A stretch of DNA of 64,000 nucleotides. It comes from Candidatus Aenigmatarchaeota archaeon (GTDB lineage: Archaea > Aenigmatarchaeota > Aenigmatarchaeia > CG10238-14 > SCSR01). The first letter of the stretch is position 1, and the number at the start of each line of letters is the position of its first letter. Positions 27,820 to 38,035 of this stretch are shown in pieces. The position numbers and the translations under genes are program-made. Where the stretch lies: positions 78,702 to 142,701 of the forward strand of contig JAHLMT010000001.1 of the NCBI GenBank assembly GCA_018920185.1, in the 5' to 3' direction. The notes beneath the pieces were generated by a model that was not told the origin of the DNA, ran no database searches, and saw only the letters and a list, made by a program, of their open reading frames with translations.

Positions 27820-30156
27820 TCAACTCTCCGATATTAAAATTTTAGTTTTTTTACGTTTAAATTTGGAGACAAAGTTCTTAACTAAATCAAATAATCCTCT
27901 TTTTTCTTTGCTTACATACGTATATCCCACTTCGGGTTTGTATCCTTCTTTCACAGGCCAGAACAAATAAACTAAAATTCCGATAATAAATAGTATTAAC
28001 ACACCTGTAACTATCAACCATACCTTCGATGGTATTTCTACTTCCGTTTCTGTTGTTTCAAGCGCTTTCAACCGATTCTCAACTTCATTTATCAAAGCTT
28101 TTATAGTTTCGAATGTTTGATATGCTTGAAAATAGTTGTCGACATTTATATGATCTTCAGCTTGTTTTATCACAGCTTTAAGTTCTGATAATTTTTGCTC
28201 GACAGATTTCGTATCATTTATTTTACTCTTTAACTCACCCAATTTATTCTCTAACTTGCTAGTATCCAGCTTATACAAAGCCAATGTATTATTTATTTTT
28301 TCTTTCGTTTCATTTGACGGTAGAACTCTCAAAGTAAAATCTTGTGATATAGTAACATTACCGCTGCTTACATTAAATTTAGCGGAATAATCTTTTACAT
28401 CAACATTTCCTATATTGAAAGTTATCGTGAAAGTTCCTGTAGCACCACCGGAGATGTTCTTCAATTGATTAACCGAATACCAGTTTTTGTCTATCCCAAT
28501 TAATTCTAAGGTGATATCTTGCACAGTAGTTCCAGTATTCTTAACCTTTACCTCGGAACTTGCAGTAGAGTTCTGAACTATTTCTATTAACGAAGGTACC
28601 TGTACAAAACTTATGCCTGAAGTAGGTCCAGGCTTTATAATTAATGTATTTTTAGCAGTATCTGAAGTGTAATTCTGATTAGTAGTGCTGTTACATACAT
28701 ACTCGTATATAGAACCAGCTGCAAATGTCTGGATATCAGGATTCGATACTAATGTACCATTTCTGTACAATTTCGCTGTGAATTCAGGCAAGCTTACAGC
28801 ACAACTAACATTTGTTTGTATTGGTGAATCGAGAATCCATTGAGGTGTTATGCTTAAAGTAACTGGTACTATAGCACGGTTAATTGTGAAAGAATTCAAA
28901 CCAGTTAAGTTAAACATGTGATTCGAATAGTTGCCGTATATTTTCCATGTGTATGTTCCGGCTGGAAAAGTTATGTTATAGTAATAATTAGTTGTAGAGG
29001 TGTTTGACATAGTATAAATAGTTGTTGTGCCCGACCAGTCGCCTTGGATTAAAACATTATATAGCTTTGGATCAGTGGCAAATGTTATACTAATTGTGCC
29101 TACTGTAGTTGAATATGTAGATGGTACAGATGTCGATGTTGAATATCTGGGTACTGTAGCTACAAAATAAGTCACAGAATTGCTTGAAAAGTTTGCATTA
29201 CCTGTTACACTAATGGTATAATTATGTAATCCGATACTTGTTAAAGTATCTGAACGCTGTGTAGGATTGGGGTCAGAAGAAAAAATAATTACACCATCTC
29301 TAGCTATTGAAATACTACAATCCGCTTGTGTGCACGAAGCGTTAGCGGTTATATTAACAACAGTACCGTTAATTGTAGTAATATTAGAGTTCAAAGAACC
29401 ATTTAAAAAAACATTTAAGGTGTTTACGCCTTTTCTTACAATGTAAGTTAGTTGATCTGTTGAGTTGAAAGTATTGTTAGTGTCGTTGGCATAAACTCTC
29501 CACATGTATGTTCCAGCTGGTAAATCGGTAAATTTCATATAGTAAACATTGCCCGAACTACTCATGCTATCGTTATGTAGTGAAGCAGCACCAGTAAAAT
29601 TATGTTCCAACAAAACATTTGATATAGCACTATTATCAGTCCAAGTTATGTTAAACCAATACTCCTGTCTAGGTATGTAAGATGAATTTGTACTGGGAGA
29701 TGTGACAATGTTAGAATATTTGGGCGCTGTCACATCGAAGATGGCTAAACTCACATTACTCGAGTTAAACACACCATTAGCATCAAGTGTAGATATATTG
29801 AAGTTATGGTTTCCGATAACAGGAGGTGTATCAACTCTGAAAGCAAAATATTCAGTAGCACCAGCACCAACAATACCTATTGAAGTAGTATTAACCCAAG
29901 ATGCTGGATCTGTATACGCAAAACGACTTGTTGTAGTAGATGGGCTACCTGCAAAAACAAAACCCGGAGGCAAAGTTATATTTACATGAGTTATATTTAT
30001 TGCACCTGTGTTTGTAACACTGAAGTTAACTAATTGACTGGATAGACCAGCTTCCAAGCTGGTGGGAATTGCACTTGCTGTGAATGAGACAGCTAGGGTA
30101 TTGTTAATAATGACGAACAACGTAATCGCAAAAATGCAAATAAACCATTTATTCAT
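27820..30156 (-). CDS. large secreted Asn/Ser/Thr-rich surface protein with C-terminal coiled coil and TM anchor (candidate S-layer glycoprotein)
   Basis: The signal peptide is MNKWFICIFAITLFVIINNTLAVSFTASA. The protein has very many N-x-S/T sequons (roughly 35-40 by eye), a C-terminal heptad region, then the TM segment VWLIVTGVLILFIIGILVYLFWP and a basic tail. Confidence 0.7.
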   Translation of the reverse strand: MNKWFICIFAITLFVIINNTLAVSFTASAIPTSLEAGLSSQLVNFSVTNTGAINITHVNITLPPGFVFAGSPSTTTSRFAYTDPASWVNTTSIGIVGAGATEYFAFRVDTPPVIGNHNFNISTLDANGVFNSSNVSLAIFDVTAPKYSNIVTSPSTNSSYIPRQEYWFNITWTDNSAISNVLLEHNFTGAASLHNDSMSSSGNVYYMKFTDLPAGTYMWRVYANDTNNTFNSTDQLTYIVRKGVNTLNVFLNGSLNSNITTINGTVVNITANASCTQADCSISIARDGVIIFSSDPNPTQRSDTLTSIGLHNYTISVTGNANFSSNSVTYFVATVPRYSTSTSVPSTYSTTVGTISITFATDPKLYNVLIQGDWSGTTTIYTMSNTSTTNYYYNITFPAGTYTWKIYGNYSNHMFNLTGLNSFTINRAIVPVTLSITPQWILDSPIQTNVSCAVSLPEFTAKLYRNGTLVSNPDIQTFAAGSIYEYVCNSTTNQNYTSDTAKNTLIIKPGPTSGISFVQVPSLIEIVQNSTASSEVKVKNTGTTVQDITLELIGIDKNWYSVNQLKNISGGATGTFTITFNIGNVDVKDYSAKFNVSSGNVTISQDFTLRVLPSNETKEKINNTLALYKLDTSKLENKLGELKSKINDTKSVEQKLSELKAVIKQAEDHINVDNYFQAYQTFETIKALINEVENRLKALETTETEVEIPSKVWLIVTGVLILFIIGILVYLFWPVKEGYKPEVGYTYVSKEKRGLFDLVKNFVSKFKRKKTKILISES

Positions 30157-30286
30157 TAACCTCTCCTATAAATTTTTATAAGCTTCCTATAAGATATTGC
30201 TTTTAGCTTCGTATTCGATGAAGAAAGATGGGCGGCATGATTTAAAAATGAATAGTTTGCCGAGTTCTGAGAAGAAGAGACTTGGA

Positions 30287-30757
30287 TTATCTTTTCTCAT
30301 AAATATCTGAAGTTTGAGCCGAGTTAATTAAAATTCTTTTGAAATCTCCTTTGAAATTTAGTTCAAAAACATAAACATCACCAGATTTCAGCGAGTGTTT
30401 ATTGTTAAGTATATCCACATAATGTTCGTCAACATATGCTGTAAAATTAGAAACCTCTAGTTGTCCGGTATTTGCTACAGTAATTAATAAATTCCCGTTA
30501 GAACTAGTAGATACACCAATTATATCAATGCTATACGCAAAATCCTTTATTAAAGCAATAGCTTTGCCAGTTGTTGGAATAAATCTACCAATAAAGGGTA
30601 TATCTCCCAATTTCGGAAACGACCCCACTAACAAATAGCTTGCCAAAAATACTATCAAAGCAAGTAGCGCGCCAAGTGCAATGTTTCCTATTATTCGAAA
30701 AATTACATAGACAGCAATAATTAAGAGTGCAACACCGAAGAAAAATTCTAGAGCCAT
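30287..30757 (-). CDS. membrane-anchored protein with C-terminal beta-sandwich-like domain, hypothetical
   Basis: Two N-terminal TM helices, and a C-terminal LLITVANTGQLEVSNFTAYV pattern reminiscent of CARDB/pilin-like beta domains. It lies upstream of the S-layer candidate on the same strand. Confidence 0.45.
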   Translation of the reverse strand: MALEFFFGVALLIIAVYVIFRIIGNIALGALLALIVFLASYLLVGSFPKLGDIPFIGRFIPTTGKAIALIKDFAYSIDIIGVSTSSNGNLLITVANTGQLEVSNFTAYVDEHYVDILNNKHSLKSGDVYVFELNFKGDFKRILINSAQTSDIYEKR

Positions 30758-30793
30758 AAAGTTATTTTATCTTTAAAATTTAAATGTGGTTTA

Positions 30794-31420
30794 ATGAGTA
30801 GGATTGATGCATTAGAAATTATCAAACAATCGTTCTGGATATCATTTAGACATCCTATTATTTTTACACTCGTCTTACCACTTGTAGTATCGATGATTAC
30901 GGTTTTAATATCAATTTTTGTTTTGTTTTTTAGCCTATATCCAACAAATCTGTTTTTGATTTTTACTTCTTTAGTTCTGCTGTTATTTAGTTTTTGGTTA
31001 GGAATGCTTAGTGCAGGAAGTATAATTTTATTTGTGGAAAAAATTTACAAACATCGAAAAGTTAGATTTTGGGATGTGCTTAACAAAAGTTTTGAAAATA
31101 GCTTGCGGTTGATAATCGCATATTCGCTAGAACAACTTTTCCTTATGTTAGGATTTCTATTTTTTGTAATCCCTGGAATATTTCTGACAGTTAAACTGTC
31201 TTTAGTTGTCCCAGGTTGCATTCTGGAAAAGAAAGGATTTGGAATAAAAAGAAGTTGGAATGCAACAAAAAACAATTTTTGGAAGATATTTTTAATCCTT
31301 GTTATATGGAATGTGTTATTCATGGTTTTTGGTTTTATTCCTTACTTGTCTATTCTAACAATCTTTCTAATACCCGTGTATTTAACAACACTTACTCTGC
31401 TCTACATCCGACTAAGATAG
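30794..31420 (+). CDS. polytopic membrane protein, hypothetical
   Basis: A 208 aa ORF with multiple hydrophobic helices. Confidence 0.45.
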   Translation: MSRIDALEIIKQSFWISFRHPIIFTLVLPLVVSMITVLISIFVLFFSLYPTNLFLIFTSLVLLLFSFWLGMLSAGSIILFVEKIYKHRKVRFWDVLNKSFENSLRLIIAYSLEQLFLMLGFLFFVIPGIFLTVKLSLVVPGCILEKKGFGIKRSWNATKNNFWKIFLILVIWNVLFMVFGFIPYLSILTIFLIPVYLTTLTLLYIRLR

Positions 31421-31424
31421 TTAG

Positions 31425-31501
31425 TGCCCTCGATGGGATTCGAACCCACGACCTTCTCCTTAGGACGGAGCTGCTCTGATTCCAGGCTGAGCTACGAGGG
31501 C
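31425..31501 (-). tRNA. tRNA-Arg (anticodon CCU)
   Basis: The minus strand reads GCCCTCG-TA-GCTC-AGCCTGGAATCA-GAGC-A-GCTCC-GTCCTAA-GGAGA-AGGTC-GTGGG-TTCGAAT-CCCAT-CGAGGGC-A, a clean cloverleaf with no intron. Confidence 0.85.
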
Positions 31502-31544
31502 ATTAATTTACACTTAATTTTAAAATAATTAACTAAAATTAATC

Positions 31545-32255
31545 TTGAGTATGTCAAATAGTTTAAAGGTTCCTAAACATCTTGGTATCATAGTAGATGG
31601 AAACCGCAGATGGGCGCGAGAAAGAAGAATGCCGCCTTGGAAAGGTCATTGGGAAGGTGTAAAAAATCTCGAGAAAATACTTGAATGTTGCTTGAAATTG
31701 AAAATTCGTGAAGTTTCTATTTATGCTCTTTCGACTGAAAATCTTAAGCGTCCGAAAATAGAATTGGATGAGCTCTTTAAAATTTTCTATCATTATCTCA
31801 ATAAATGGGAAAAAGAAGATAGCTTTCTCAGAAAGTATCAAGTCAAAGTTCGCTTTATCGGAGATTTAGAGAAATTACCTCCCAAGCTTGTAAACGCCAT
31901 GGGTAGACTGATGCAAAAGACAGCAAAATACCAGAAAAGAGTGTTAAATTTGCTCATCGCTTATGGAAGTAAATTTGAAATCACTCAAGCCGTGAAAAAG
32001 CTAGCAGAAACTTTGATTAAATTAGGGAAAATTGAGATAACACCAAAAGATATAGAAAAAAATCTTATGATTACTACCCCACTTGACTTAGTTATACGTA
32101 CAGGAGGGTACAGTAGACTTTCTAATTTCTTGTTATGGCAAGCAAGTTATGCTGAAATCTATGTTACAGATACTTTATGGCCCACATTCACAAAAAGAGA
32201 ATTCATGAAAGCTATCAGATGGTACAGCTCTGTAAAAAGAAACTTTGGTGCGTGA
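31545..32255 (+). CDS. uppS: cis-prenyltransferase (undecaprenyl/dolichyl-diphosphate synthase family)
   Basis: Motifs HLGIIVDGNRRWA, YALSTENLKRP and RTGGYSRLSNFLLWQASYAEIYV. Confidence 0.9.
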   Translation: MSMSNSLKVPKHLGIIVDGNRRWARERRMPPWKGHWEGVKNLEKILECCLKLKIREVSIYALSTENLKRPKIELDELFKIFYHYLNKWEKEDSFLRKYQVKVRFIGDLEKLPPKLVNAMGRLMQKTAKYQKRVLNLLIAYGSKFEITQAVKKLAETLIKLGKIEITPKDIEKNLMITTPLDLVIRTGGYSRLSNFLLWQASYAEIYVTDTLWPTFTKREFMKAIRWYSSVKRNFGA

Positions 32256-33342
32256 TTACTTGGATATCTACGATGTAATAGTTATCGGCGGCAGTTTATC
32301 TGGAAGTAGAGTTGCAGAATTGCTTGCACAAAAAGGAAGAAATGTTTTGTTAATAGAAGAACATGAAAAAATTGGGCTACCATGTAAATGTACAGGATTA
32401 GTCAGCTGGAGAACTCTAGAAATTTTGAAGAACTTACCAAAGAATCTGGTTGTAAATAAGTTAGATAAAGGTAAATTCTATGCTCCAGATGGGACATTTT
32501 TTGTTTTGAAATCAAAAAAGTCAGCTTATGTTTTAAACAGAACAGGCTTAGATAAATTTTTATTCGACCAGGCTGTAAAAGCTGGAACCAAAGTTAAAAC
32601 AGAACATTTTGAAACTTTCAAATATAGCGATGGTTATGTAGAAGTTAAAACAAACAAAGATATCTACCGAACAAAAATTCTTATTGGTGCTGATGGAGCA
32701 AACTCTGTTGTAGCAAAAAATGCAAACTTAACAATGCCTAAAAATATTTTTGTTGGTTTGCAAACAACAGCTCAAGGTAATTTTGAACAATATGTAGAAT
32801 TATGGTTTGGTGAAAATATAGCTCCTAAATTTTTTGCATGGGTTGTTCCTGAAAATGAAGAAGTGGCACGAGTAGGGGTAGCAACACACACAAATCCCAA
32901 ACAATATTATGAGAGATTTCTTGAATCTAGATTGAATCATAATGGATTAATACCAAATGTAGCGGGGATTATTAGATTCGGTATAATGAAAGATACCATT
33001 GCTGATAGGATTATTTTAGTGGGTGATGCAGCATGCCAAGTCAAACCATTTTCTGGCGGAGGAATTACTTATGGGTTAATCGCTTCACAAATTTGTGCCG
33101 ACGCTGTTGAGAAAGCTTTTGAAGAAAACAAATTTGATTATAAATTTTTCAAGCAAAATTATGATTTGAAATGGAAAAAAATTCTAGCACCAGCAATTAA
33201 GAAAGGAATGATGTCAAGAAAAATGTTATATCTTTTATCAGATTCTCAAATGAATGTGCTATTCAAAATGATTAAATTGTTTGGATATAAGATTTTGAAT
33301 AGATTTGATTTTGATTTACTGCCGGATAATGTGTTAAACTAA
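32245..33342 (+). CDS. geranylgeranyl reductase-family FAD-dependent oxidoreductase (polyprenol/lipid reductase)
   Basis: FAD-binding DVIVIGGSLSGSRVAELLAQKGRNVLLIEE and GADGANSVVA. It overlaps the uppS end by 11 nt. Confidence 0.8.
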   Translation: MVRDYLDIYDVIVIGGSLSGSRVAELLAQKGRNVLLIEEHEKIGLPCKCTGLVSWRTLEILKNLPKNLVVNKLDKGKFYAPDGTFFVLKSKKSAYVLNRTGLDKFLFDQAVKAGTKVKTEHFETFKYSDGYVEVKTNKDIYRTKILIGADGANSVVAKNANLTMPKNIFVGLQTTAQGNFEQYVELWFGENIAPKFFAWVVPENEEVARVGVATHTNPKQYYERFLESRLNHNGLIPNVAGIIRFGIMKDTIADRIILVGDAACQVKPFSGGGITYGLIASQICADAVEKAFEENKFDYKFFKQNYDLKWKKILAPAIKKGMMSRKMLYLLSDSQMNVLFKMIKLFGYKILNRFDFDLLPDNVLN

Positions 33343-33408
33343 TAAATTCCATTCTTATCAATCTTTTATGGTAGTCATCTGAAGAAACTTTCCATAGTAA
33401 GTTAAAAA

Positions 33409-35223
33409 TTAAAGAAAAGCCTTAACTTTTTTCTTCGAAACAACAGCTCTTAGAATTTCCTTCCCTATGTCAGAATCTTTTGTTATCTTAATGCTTCCTT
33501 TCTTCCCTATAGTTGCAGAAAACAGAAACTTATCTTCGACAAACACACTAACAGCTTTTCCAATTAAATTTCTATTAAAGGCAAATTCGAAACTATTTCC
33601 TCTCTCAAACAACTCAAACTGTACTTCCTTACCTAATGCACCAGTCTTAGGTTCAATTTCAATATGTATTCCTAACTTCTCTTCCAAAGCCGATACAGTA
33701 GCACCTTCCTTCCCTATTAATCTTGGAATCACCTCATTATCCACGCGGATAACAGCTTGATTGTCGGAAACTAATTCTATTTCAGCATAAGGATCAAATC
33801 TTTTAATTTCTTGCATAATTCTTTCTTGAGCTAATTTCTTTAAAGGCGATACACCAACTTGTTTAACAGGGACGATAACATTTTCTTCACCAAAAGTATA
33901 TATTTCGTATTCCAGTTTTCCAGTTTCAAAATCTCTTACTTCAACTACCGGCCTAGCCAAATCAGCTTCTGTCATTCCTGTAGGAACTTTTACTGTTAAC
34001 TCCAACTCATAAACCTTTTTCACTTCACCTTCTTTAACAAAAATCACAGTATCGATAATATGTGGAATAACACCTAGTTCAATTCTTCCGATGAATCTTT
34101 GGATAGCATCAATAGCGTCACTTGCATGAACAACACCCACCATACCCACCCCTGCTAATCTTAGGTCAGAAAATATTTCAAAATCTTTTGTTTTCCTGAC
34201 TTCATCAAACGCCGAATAATCTGGTCTTACCAAAAGGAGTATATCAGCTGTTTTTTCAAAATCACCTTCCAAAGGAGCATATTGTGTAACTTCTGGAGGA
34301 ACCTGTAAATCGCGTGGAGATTCCAAAGTTTTAATTATTTTTCCCTGTTTCTGATAGAATTCAATCAAGCTTCCGCAGAGGGTCGACTTGCCTGAACCTG
34401 GTGGACCAGCAATTAAAATTCCTTCTGCCTTTTCTTTTAATCTTCTCATCAGCTTTTCCGATAATCGGTAGTCTTCTAAAGCTAGTTTAACAATAGGTCT
34501 TACAATTGTTACTTCTAGTCCATCAGAAAATGGGGGGCGGGTAATAGAAATTCTGTAATTTCCTAACTGAATAACGGTAGCGCCAGAACGGATAATTTCA
34601 AAAGAACCTTCTTCACTAATTCTTGTAGCTTCTGAAATCTCGCGAATAATTTTTTCAAGTTCTTCTTTTGTTAAAGATTCTTCTCTTACCTTGACTAGCT
34701 CAAATCTTCCAGGCCTTCCACGTTTAGCCAATGGCACAACTCCTTCTTTCAGATGTACAGACAAAGTGTCTGGTGTAAAGAACTGTTCAAATGTTAAACC
34801 TTCGACTTTTATTTCGGGGGGTATATAGTTTACTTTCACCCCTTCAGCTTCAGCGACAATAGCTTGGACATAATCGGCTGTATAAAGAGTTCCATTTTCA
34901 GTTTTAGCCACATCTCTAATTAATGCATCCATTCTTCCAGCTTTAGCCAACTTTATATCTTCAAGAGAAGGTCTTTCGCCTGCAAATTTCAATTTAATTC
35001 CTCTTTTCTCACATATTTCACGCAATCTTTTCAATTCATCTAACCCGATAAAACCGGGCTCTCTTCCTTTAGAAGCTTGAGCTTGCAGTTCGTCTAAAGC
35101 AGCGTAAGGGATAATTACCTCTACATCTTTCAACTCTTCTTTCTCAATCATTTGGGAAATTTTCGCATCGATTATTATACTAGTATCAAGTACAGCTTTC
35201 AATTTTTCAGCCATACAAATCAA
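33409..35223 (-). CDS. PIN-domain / PhoH-like ATPase with KH domain (COG1855-type)
   Basis: An N-terminal PIN (VLDTSIIID), Walker A GILIAGPPGSGKSTL, and a C-terminal KH-like region. Confidence 0.8.
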   Translation of the reverse strand: MICMAEKLKAVLDTSIIIDAKISQMIEKEELKDVEVIIPYAALDELQAQASKGREPGFIGLDELKRLREICEKRGIKLKFAGERPSLEDIKLAKAGRMDALIRDVAKTENGTLYTADYVQAIVAEAEGVKVNYIPPEIKVEGLTFEQFFTPDTLSVHLKEGVVPLAKRGRPGRFELVKVREESLTKEELEKIIREISEATRISEEGSFEIIRSGATVIQLGNYRISITRPPFSDGLEVTIVRPIVKLALEDYRLSEKLMRRLKEKAEGILIAGPPGSGKSTLCGSLIEFYQKQGKIIKTLESPRDLQVPPEVTQYAPLEGDFEKTADILLLVRPDYSAFDEVRKTKDFEIFSDLRLAGVGMVGVVHASDAIDAIQRFIGRIELGVIPHIIDTVIFVKEGEVKKVYELELTVKVPTGMTEADLARPVVEVRDFETGKLEYEIYTFGEENVIVPVKQVGVSPLKKLAQERIMQEIKRFDPYAEIELVSDNQAVIRVDNEVIPRLIGKEGATVSALEEKLGIHIEIEPKTGALGKEVQFELFERGNSFEFAFNRNLIGKAVSVFVEDKFLFSATIGKKGSIKITKDSDIGKEILRAVVSKKKVKAFL

Positions 35224-35231
35224 TTATATGA

Positions 35232-36467
35232 CTACTTTAATAAAGAGATAATCTTTTGTAGTGTTAGCTCTCTTTGTTCGCCAGTTTTCATATTTTTCAA
35301 TTTGAATTTATTCCTTTTGATCTCTTCAGGACCGATAATAATAACATAGGGTATATCCAAGTTGCTAGCATATTCCAACTGTTTACTAAAGTTCCTTTCC
35401 ATCAAATCCATTTGCGCGGATATACGGTTTTTTCTGAGCTCTTGAACTATTTTTATAGCGTTGTCAATCACTGAACTATTCACATTAGCAACAAAAACTT
35501 TTGTACCACTCTTTTCTTCTTTAAACATTTTATTTTCTTTCATCACCTCGAGAATTCTGTCTAAGCCAAGGGATATACCGGTTGCTGGTATATCTTGACC
35601 GCCAATCATTTTAATAAGATTATCATATCGTCCACCACCGCCGCAACTAACTTTAGTTCCTAAATTGATTTCAAAAACTATAGAAGTATAATACTCTAAT
35701 CCACGTACAAGCGAAATATCAAACTTCAATCTTTTTTCTATTCCAAAGGTTTTTGCCAAATTTAAAAATTTTTCTAGTTCGTTTTTACCTTCGTTATCTG
35801 GTGCGTCTTTTAGACTGCTGATTTTTAAAATCTCTAAAATTTTCTTCGAGTCTATTTTTTTCTGCTTGAGCTCTGCTTCAACTCCCTCCAGACCTATTTT
35901 TTCTAGCTTATCTATCGTTCGAAAAACTTCGAGCATTTCCTCCGTTTTCAGAAATTTTTCGAATTCTTCTTGAAGCAATTTTCTGTTATTAACGCGAATG
36001 TAATAATTTTCGAAACCTAATCTATCTAAAATTTCACAAGTAACGACCACACATTCTACATCAGCTAACAAAGAGCTACTACCAACAACATCTATATCAG
36101 CTTGCCAGAATTCTCTGAATCGTAGGAAAGCGGGATTATCATATCTCCACACTTTCTCTATCTGATATCTTTTGAACGGTTTCGACAATGAAATAGATGA
36201 AACAACTCTTGCTAATGGCATAGTTAAATCAAATCTCAATCCCAATTCACGATTAGACTTGTCTTTGAAATAATAAATTTCATCTTTAACTGCTTCTCCT
36301 AACCCACCTTTCGCTGACAATAGTTCAAAACTTTCAAATGCTGGAGTAATCAAAGGTTCAAATCCGTATTTTTCGAAGACATCCCTGCATACATCTATTA
36401 TCTGCTGTAGCTTTCTTGCATCACCAGGCAACAAATCTCTTGTACCTTTAGGAGGCTGGAATTTCAT
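35232..36467 (-). CDS. hisS: histidyl-tRNA synthetase
   Basis: N-terminal MKFQPPKGTRDLLPGDARK, and class II motifs with GGGRYD. Confidence 0.92.
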   Translation of the reverse strand: MKFQPPKGTRDLLPGDARKLQQIIDVCRDVFEKYGFEPLITPAFESFELLSAKGGLGEAVKDEIYYFKDKSNRELGLRFDLTMPLARVVSSISLSKPFKRYQIEKVWRYDNPAFLRFREFWQADIDVVGSSSLLADVECVVVTCEILDRLGFENYYIRVNNRKLLQEEFEKFLKTEEMLEVFRTIDKLEKIGLEGVEAELKQKKIDSKKILEILKISSLKDAPDNEGKNELEKFLNLAKTFGIEKRLKFDISLVRGLEYYTSIVFEINLGTKVSCGGGGRYDNLIKMIGGQDIPATGISLGLDRILEVMKENKMFKEEKSGTKVFVANVNSSVIDNAIKIVQELRKNRISAQMDLMERNFSKQLEYASNLDIPYVIIIGPEEIKRNKFKLKNMKTGEQRELTLQKIISLLK

Positions 36468-36590
36468 ATTAGATATCTTTGTTTTATTTTTAGAAATAGG
36501 ACTAGCTAAAGCTCCATTCTTTGTGAAGTATATCGCCTTTCACTTTTATCACATAATTTAGAATAAGTTCAAACTTTAAATACATATTCT

Positions 36591-37304
36591 TTATCTACGT
36601 CCCAATACCCTACTTAAAAGAGAAAGAGGAATTTGATAATAATGACCAAAATAAATACCAAAAGGAGCTTCTCTTGCTATCGCATCTACCATCCTCTTAC
36701 CTAAGAAACCGTATTCTAGATTTTTGTCATGCTCAATTTCTTCCGGATCCCTACCATCTTCAACTATATGTATTTTGTATTGAATTGGTACACCTGGTTC
36801 GCCAATTACAATAGGTAAAATAGAGTTTAATTGATAAGGTTGAAAACCGTATCTTAAAAATCTATACGCGTTTCTTTCCAATCTATCAGAAGCCCATGAT
36901 TGCATAGGTAAATGAACTAATACAAGTTCCAAATCATCTGGATATTTCCTGCCCACGTATCTTAAAAATTTTTTCAAAGTCACATCTCTAACTGTTTTAA
37001 GTTCATGTATAATACTCCATGTTCCCGGCTCTACCCAAACTTTATCTACAGATAAACCGCATCTAACTGCATAATCTTGCATAGGTAATGCTGTACCTCT
37101 TCCTGTAGTTACTAAAATATCAGCATCACCTGATTTGACTAACTCTACTCCTTTTTCTATTCTATTTGCAGTATGTGCAGTGTGTGGGTGAAATTTTTCT
37201 ATAAAAGGATTTACAGAGGCTCCATGTACTACTACTATCCCATAACTTGTGCGTACAGTACTCATTGGAGTAACTTTTTCTATCGCCGTCTGTGTTAACA
37301 CCAT
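36591..37304 (-). CDS. DUF218 (YdcF/ElyC-like) domain protein, hypothetical
   Basis: VVVHGASVNPF...GDADILVTTGRG resembles the DUF218 core. The assignment is low-confidence. Confidence 0.45.
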   Translation of the reverse strand: MVLTQTAIEKVTPMSTVRTSYGIVVVHGASVNPFIEKFHPHTAHTANRIEKGVELVKSGDADILVTTGRGTALPMQDYAVRCGLSVDKVWVEPGTWSIIHELKTVRDVTLKKFLRYVGRKYPDDLELVLVHLPMQSWASDRLERNAYRFLRYGFQPYQLNSILPIVIGEPGVPIQYKIHIVEDGRDPEEIEHDKNLEYGFLGKRMVDAIAREAPFGIYFGHYYQIPLSLLSRVLGRR

Positions 37305-37624
37305 GAATATAAAGAGGATAGTAAATTATTTAAACCATCTAACAATCATTAAATCTCTACAAAACAAATTAAAAATAACGGTTAGCGTCGTTAATTTTTG
37401 TCTACATCTTCACTAGAAGACCCTCAACCCGAATTCTTCCTAACATTGAATTTCTTTAAAAGAATGACTTGTATCTCTCTGAATGATCTTACAAACAGTT
37501 TTTGTAGGTGCATATTTTTTCCCCATGTTTATATAAGAAAAGTTCTTCACAATGAATTTGAAGCAAACTTAGGAGTTAATATGCTTGTTACACACTTTAT
37601 TTTTCTAATAGCGAAGTATCTTTA

Positions 37625-38035
37625 CTAACTAATTTCTACAACATCTCCGACAGTGAGTGGCAATTTTTTCTTTTCTCTTCTTTGTAAAACAACTGTTTCA
37701 TTCTTTTCTCTTAAGCGTATATCCAGAAAGTCTTCAATTTTTCTTATAAGCTCTTCATCTGGTTCTAATTCCTCATCTTCTACTCTCTTTATGACAGATT
37801 CCTTTTCGTTAATCTTCTTCGCAAGATCGTATCGTGTTAATCCTTTGCTTTCCCTCACTCTCGCAATTATCCTACCGTAATCTGGTACCAACTCTAAATC
37901 TGTCTCACCTAATTCAGAAACTTTAATAGTTTTTTTAATTGGTGTGTAAGTAGGAGAAACATTAACTTTAGTACCAAACTTTGAACATCTCTCACAAACT
38001 TCTATTACAGCCCCCTCTATTCTGGCAGAAACCAA
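37625..38035 (-). CDS. mbf1: archaeal MBF1-like transcription factor (zinc ribbon + HTH); called start is TTG and the upstream in-frame CxxC is excluded
   Basis: The HTH is GLTRYDLAKKINEKESVIKRVE and one CxxC (CERC) is within the ORF. A second cysteine cluster (ECSCCGKEF) lies in frame upstream, between a TAG stop and the TTG, with no ATG/GTG/TTG available to include it. Confidence 0.65.
   Translation of the reverse strand: MVSARIEGAVIEVCERCSKFGTKVNVSPTYTPIKKTIKVSELGETDLELVPDYGRIIARVRESKGLTRYDLAKKINEKESVIKRVEDEELEPDEELIRKIEDFLDIRLREKNETVVLQRREKKKLPLTVGDVVEIS

Noticed and set aside
37460-37520. Possible C/D-box sRNA (AATGACT ... CTGA ATGATC)
   Set aside because: The box C and C' sequences are imperfect and no terminal box D (CUGA) follows at the right spacing. 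It is not convincing without a covariance model.
37398-37628. 76 aa plus-strand ORF in the DUF218-mbf1 intergenic region
   Set aside because: It has no motif, a poor start context, and lies in a 320-nt promoter-rich spacer. The ORF is probably random.
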